A DNA stretch of 64,000 nt from Pseudonocardia sp. (GTDB lineage: Bacteria; Actinomycetota; Actinomycetes; Mycobacteriales; Pseudonocardiaceae). This document shows, in pieces, positions 59,883 to 64,000 of this stretch (position 1 is the stretch's first letter; every line of letters begins with the position of its first letter). A program made the position numbers and the translations under genes. Location of the stretch: assembly GCA_052386505.1 (NCBI GenBank), contig JBQTKB010000017.1, positions 6,236 through 70,235 of the forward strand, written 5' to 3'. The notes under the pieces were generated by a model. That model did no database searches. It had not been told where the DNA came from and saw only the letters and a list, made by a program, of their open reading frames with translations.

Positions 59883-60736
59883 TGGACGCTACCCGAGCCC
59901 GAGCCGGGTCCGACCGGGCCGGAGTCGGCCTCGCGGTGCGCTGGCCCGCGCAACCGGCGGGTGGTCTCGGCACGGGCGGCCAGTTCGGCGGAGTCGGGGT
60001 AGTCCACCGCCACCAGGGTCAACCCGTGCGCCGGAGCCACCGTGACGTCGCTGGCCCGCTCCGCGTGGGAGAGCAGCGCGCCGGGCCACCCGGGTGGCCG
60101 CTGACCGCGCCCCACCGCGAGCAGCGCGCCAACCAGGCTGCGCACCATGGAATGGCAGAACGCGTCGGCGCTCACCTCGCAGGCCAGCACTCCGTCCTCG
60201 CCGTCCAACGGCACCCAGCCGCAGCGCTGCAGCTCACGGATGGTGGTCGCGCCCTCGCGGCGGCGGCAGTATGCGGCGAAGTCGTGCTCGCCGAGCAATC
60301 CGGCGGCGGCGACGTTCATCGCCTCGACGTCCACCGGGTACGGCCAGGAGAGCGTGTCGCGGGCGCGCAACGGCTCGGCGCCGTGCGCGGTAACCGCGAC
60401 CCGGTAGCGGTAGTGCCGGCGTAGCGCGGAGAACCGGGCGTCGAATCCGGGCGGCGCGACCGACGCCGCGCGGACCCGCACGTCCGGGGGCAGCATCCGC
60501 CCCAACCGCCGGGGCAGCGCGCCGACCTCGACGTCGTCCGGAAGGTCGACGTGTGCCACCTGACCGGTCGCGTGCACCCCGGCGTCGGTGCGACCGGCCA
60601 CGGTCAACGACACCGGCCGGCGCACCAGGGTGTCCAGGGCCTCGGTGAGGACCCCACACACGGTGCGCCGGCCGGGTTGGACGGCCCAACCGGAGAAGTC
60701 GGTGCCGTCGTAGCTGATGTCCAGCCTGACCCGCAC
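59879..60736 (-). CDS. truA: tRNA pseudouridine(38-40) synthase
   Basis: [28 protein letters not shown] and AFCHSMVR. Confidence 0.97.
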   Translation of the reverse strand: MRVRLDISYDGTDFSGWAVQPGRRTVCGVLTEALDTLVRRPVSLTVAGRTDAGVHATGQVAHVDLPDDVEVGALPRRLGRMLPPDVRVRAASVAPPGFDARFSALRRHYRYRVAVTAHGAEPLRARDTLSWPYPVDVEAMNVAAAGLLGEHDFAAYCRRREGATTIRELQRCGWVPLDGEDGVLACEVSADAFCHSMVRSLVGALLAVGRGQRPPGWPGALLSHAERASDVTVAPAHGLTLVAVDYPDSAELAARAETTRRLRGPAHREADSGPVGPGSGSGSVQ

Positions 60737-60762
60737 GGGCAGCCGGACGTCCAGCGGTTCGG

Positions 60763-61602
60763 TCAGGAGCCGTCCTTGTCCCGCTGCGAGGCCGGCAGCT
60801 GGAAACCGGCGGCCTCGGCGGCCTCGGCGTCGGCGAACCAGACCTCGGCCACCGTCCGGTCGTAGTGTGAGGTACCGGGCAGGTGGTACAGCTTCGAGTC
60901 GTCGTTACCCTTGACCGGGAACCCGTCCGGCTGGCCACCGTCGGCCAGCGGGGCGTGGCTACCCGCACCGTACGGACCGGCGATCTCGGAGAGATCGTCG
61001 GCCGCGTCCTCGGCGGCCTCGGCCGCGTCCAGCGACTTCTCCGCCTCGGCACTGCCCGGAGCGGCCTCCTCGGCGGCGACCGCCGCGTCGAGGGCCTTCT
61101 CCGACGCCTCCTGCGCGGAGTCGGCCGCCTCGGTCGCGGCGGCGGAGGCGGCCTTGTCCGACTCGGCGGCCTTCGGGGCCCTGGCCTGCGACTCACCCTT
61201 CGAGCTGGCCACCCGACGCGCCCGGTCGGCCTCGCTGCTCACCGTCTCTGTGGTGATCAGCTCGATGACCGCCATCGGGGCGTTGTCGCCCTTGCGCGCC
61301 ATCGTCTTGGTGATCCGGGTGTAGCCGCCGTCGCGGGTGGCGAACAGCGGGCCGATCTCGGCCACCAGCCGATGCACGACGTCCTTGTCCCGGATGACCT
61401 TGGCGATCTCCCGGGTGTTGTGCAGGTCGCCACGCTTGGCCTTGGTGATCAGCCGCTCCGCGTAGGGGCGCAGCCGCTTCGCCTTGGCCTCGGTGGTGGT
61501 GATCCGACCGTGGGTGAACAACGAGGTGGCCAGGTTGGCCAGAATCAGTCGCTGGTGAGCCGGTGATCCGCCGAGGCGGGCGCCCTTCGTGGGCTGGGGC
61601 AT
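60763..61602 (-). CDS. rplQ: 50S ribosomal protein L17 with Ala/Glu-rich linker and extra C-terminal domain
   Basis: L17 core ([35 protein letters not shown]) plus about 155 extra residues. ATG 61602. Confidence 0.95.
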   Translation of the reverse strand: MPQPTKGARLGGSPAHQRLILANLATSLFTHGRITTTEAKAKRLRPYAERLITKAKRGDLHNTREIAKVIRDKDVVHRLVAEIGPLFATRDGGYTRITKTMARKGDNAPMAVIELITTETVSSEADRARRVASSKGESQARAPKAAESDKAASAAATEAADSAQEASEKALDAAVAAEEAAPGSAEAEKSLDAAEAAEDAADDLSEIAGPYGAGSHAPLADGGQPDGFPVKGNDDSKLYHLPGTSHYDRTVAEVWFADAEAAEAAGFQLPASQRDKDGS

Positions 61603-61686
61603 CTTGCGCTCCTTCGTCACGCTTGTGAGTGGCGGGTGCGGCTATAGCGGCATTCGCCACTCACAGCCAAGTACGGGTAGCCGGGG

Positions 61687-62727
61687 CTACAACTGCTCGG
61701 TCTCCGCGTAGTCCTGACCGTCGTCGCCCAGCTGGTCGGGGTCGAAGCTGTCGGCGTCGTAGTCGCCGACGGCGGAGGGGTCGAACCCGGGGGGGCTGTC
61801 CTTGAGCGCCAGGCCCAGCCCGACGAGCTTCATCTTCACCTCGTCGATGGACTTCGCGCCGAAGTTGCGGATGTCCAGCAGGTCGGCCTCGCTGCGCCCG
61901 ACGAGCTCACCCACGGTGTGGATGCCTTCGCGCTTGAGGCAGTTGTAGGAGCGGACCGTCAGGTCGAGCTCCTCGATCGGCATCGCGAAGGCGGCGATGG
62001 TGTCGGCCTCCTGCGGCGACGGCCCGATCTCGATGCCCTCGGCGTCCACGTTGAGCTCGCGGGCCAGCCCGAACAGCTCGACCAGGGTCTTGCCGGCCGA
62101 GGCCAGCGCGTCGCGCGGGGTCATCGACGGCTTGGTCTCGACGTCGAGTACCAGCTTGTCGAAGTCGGTCCGCTGCTCGACCCGGGTGGCCTCGACCTTG
62201 TAGGTCACCTTCAGCACCGGCGAGTAGATGGAGTCGACCGGGATGCGGCCGATCTCGGCGCCGGAGACCTTGTTCTGCACCGCGGGCACGTAGCCACGGC
62301 CGCGCTCGACGACCAGCTCGACCTCGAGCTTGCCCTTGTCGTTCAGGGTGGCGATGTGCAGGTCGGGGTTGTGCACCACGACGCCGGCCGGCGGCACGAT
62401 GTCGCCGGCGGTGACCGCACCCGGGCCCTGCTTGCGCAGGTACATGGTGACCGGCTCGTCCTCCTCGGAGCTGATCACCAGCTCCTTGAGGTTCAGGATG
62501 ATGTCGGTGACGTCTTCCTTGACCCCGGGGACGGTGGTGAACTCGTGCAGCACCCCGTCGATCCGGATGCTGGTGACCGCCGCACCGGGGATCGAGGACA
62601 GCAGGGTGCGGCGCAGCGAGTTGCCGAGGGTGTAGCCGAAACCGGGCTCCAACGGCTCGATGACGAACCGGGAGCGGGTCTCGGCGAGGATGTCCTCAGC
62701 CAGGCTGGGACGCTGGGAAATCAGCAC
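61687..62727 (-). CDS. rpoA: RNA polymerase alpha subunit
   Basis: [25 protein letters not shown] and [14 protein letters not shown] 62727. Confidence 0.98.
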   Translation of the reverse strand: MLISQRPSLAEDILAETRSRFVIEPLEPGFGYTLGNSLRRTLLSSIPGAAVTSIRIDGVLHEFTTVPGVKEDVTDIILNLKELVISSEEDEPVTMYLRKQGPGAVTAGDIVPPAGVVVHNPDLHIATLNDKGKLEVELVVERGRGYVPAVQNKVSGAEIGRIPVDSIYSPVLKVTYKVEATRVEQRTDFDKLVLDVETKPSMTPRDALASAGKTLVELFGLARELNVDAEGIEIGPSPQEADTIAAFAMPIEELDLTVRSYNCLKREGIHTVGELVGRSEADLLDIRNFGAKSIDEVKMKLVGLGLALKDSPPGFDPSAVGDYDADSFDPDQLGDDGQDYAETEQL

Positions 62728-62852
62728 GCGATGTCTCCTTGTCGATCCACGACGACCGCTATTTGACGCCGTGCGGTGCCGGCCGGAGCCGGCGAACCGG
62801 GGGAACTCCCTTCCGTCCCCCCGGGGCACCGCTGGTCGGAGCCGGGCTCCGA

Positions 62853-63458
62853 CTACTTCGAGTAGAGCTCGACGATCAGCTGCTCGGTGACCTGGGTGTC
62901 GATCTGCGCGCGGGTCGGCAGCTGGTGCACCAGGATGCGCATCGTGCTCGGCACGACCTGGAGCCAGGCCGGCACCACGCGGTCGCCCTGGGTCTCCTTG
63001 GCGATGATGAACGGATCGGTGTTCACCGACTTCGGCTTCACGTCGACGATGTCGTACTGCGACACCCGGAAGCTGGGGATGTTCACCTTCTGCCCGTTGA
63101 CCAGGAAGTGGCCGTGGTTGACCAGCTGACGGGCCATCCGCCGGGTGCGGGCCAGGCCGGCCCGGTAGACGACGTTGTCCAGCCGCGACTCGAGGATCTG
63201 CAGCAGGTTGTCGCCGGTCTTGCCATCGCGACGGCTGGCTTCCTCGTAGTAGCGACGGAACTGCTTCTCCAGCACCCCGTAGGCGAAACGCGCCTTCTGC
63301 TTCTCCTGCATCTGCAGGAGGTACTCCGTCTCCTTGATCCGGATCCGGCCGTGCTGGCCGGGCGGGTAGGGACGGCGTTCGAAGGCCTGGTCGCCGCCGA
63401 CCAGGTCGACCTTCAGCCGGCGGGACTTGCGGGTCATGGGACCGGTGTAACGAGCCAT
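62853..63458 (-). CDS. rpsD: 30S ribosomal protein S4
   Basis: [25 protein letters not shown] and [10 protein letters not shown]. Confidence 0.98.
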   Translation of the reverse strand: MARYTGPMTRKSRRLKVDLVGGDQAFERRPYPPGQHGRIRIKETEYLLQMQEKQKARFAYGVLEKQFRRYYEEASRRDGKTGDNLLQILESRLDNVVYRAGLARTRRMARQLVNHGHFLVNGQKVNIPSFRVSQYDIVDVKPKSVNTDPFIIAKETQGDRVVPAWLQVVPSTMRILVHQLPTRAQIDTQVTEQLIVELYSK

Positions 63459-63473
63459 GTCTGTGCTCCCTCC

Positions 63474-63884
63474 CTAGACCCGGCGCCGCTTGGGCGGACG
63501 GCAGCCGTTGTGCGGCTGCGGGGTGATGTCGGAAATCGTGCCGACCTCCAGGCCGGCGGCCTGCAACGAACGGATCGCGGTCTCCCGGCCGGAACCGGGG
63601 CCCTTGACGAACACGTCCACCTTGCGCATGCCGTGCTCCTGCGCCTTGCGGGCAGCGCTCTCGGCGGCCATCTGCGCGGCGAACGGCGTCGACTTGCGGG
63701 AGCCCTTGAACCCGACGTGCCCGGCCGAGGCCCAGGCGATCACCGCGCCGGTGGGGTCGGTGATCGAGACGATCGTGTTGTTGAAGGTGCTCTTGATGTG
63801 CGCGTGGCCGTGCGCGACGTTCTTCTTCTCCTTGCGCCGCACCTTCTTCGGGGCGCCGGCGCCGGATCGGGTCTTGGGAGGCAT
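63474..63884 (-). CDS. rpsK: 30S ribosomal protein S11
   Basis: [22 protein letters not shown] and [13 protein letters not shown]. Confidence 0.98.
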   Translation of the reverse strand: MPPKTRSGAGAPKKVRRKEKKNVAHGHAHIKSTFNNTIVSITDPTGAVIAWASAGHVGFKGSRKSTPFAAQMAAESAARKAQEHGMRKVDVFVKGPGSGRETAIRSLQAAGLEVGTISDITPQPHNGCRPPKRRRV

Positions 63885-63948
63885 TATTCCATCCCCTCCT
63901 TCGACGTCACGGCCGCGGAGCGTCCCTCGGGGCCGAGATTGGTCGCCG

Positions 63949-64000
63949 TCACTTCTTACCCGCCTTCTTCTTGCCGGCCACGGTCTTCTTCGGGCCCTTG
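63949..64000 (-). CDS. rpsM: 30S ribosomal protein S13, 3' end only
   Basis: Manual translation [16 protein letters not shown], upstream of rpsK. Confidence 0.9.
   Translation of the reverse strand, partial: KGPKKTVAGKKKAGKK

Overview
High-GC actinobacterial chromosome segment, most consistent with Pseudonocardiaceae, judged from gene order and protein style. It is mostly the conserved core region read on the minus strand: rpsM(3' end)-rpsK-rpsD-rpoA-rplQ-truA-deaminase, a complete minimal ESX-4-type type VII secretion locus (eccB, mycP, eccD, eccC, Rv3446c-like, esxU/esxT-like), rplM-rpsI-glmM, glmS-nnr-alr-hydrolase-tsaE-tsaB-rimI, groES-groEL1, whiB3/whiD, a BldM-like regulator, sigD-rsdA, guaB-guaB3, and typA-lpqW-like followed by an Opp/Dpp ABC operon. 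Accessory insertions are a vapBC pair, a Uma2 nuclease, phoD, a CDF transporter, a GT-C/DUF4397/class F sortase trio, a decayed response regulator and a frameshifted AbiEi/DUF559 nuclease gene. The most striking unexplained structures are: (i) a 65-bp imperfect palindrome in three copies, two bracketing the AbiEi/DUF559 gene and one solo copy 37 kb away; (ii) a second 45-bp palindrome family with one copy in-frame inside oppD; (iii) a perfect 28-bp AT-rich palindrome in front of a small-ORF/glmS module that looks like a non-canonical GlmS at the canonical locus; (iv) an identical 17-mer upstream of two small putative T7SS substrate genes; (v) L17 fused to an extra C-terminal domain; (vi) no tsaD at its usual site; (vii) a dozen or more local tandem duplications. 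No rRNA, tRNA, CRISPR array or transposase was seen. All family assignments come from motif recognition and synteny by eye, not from database searches.
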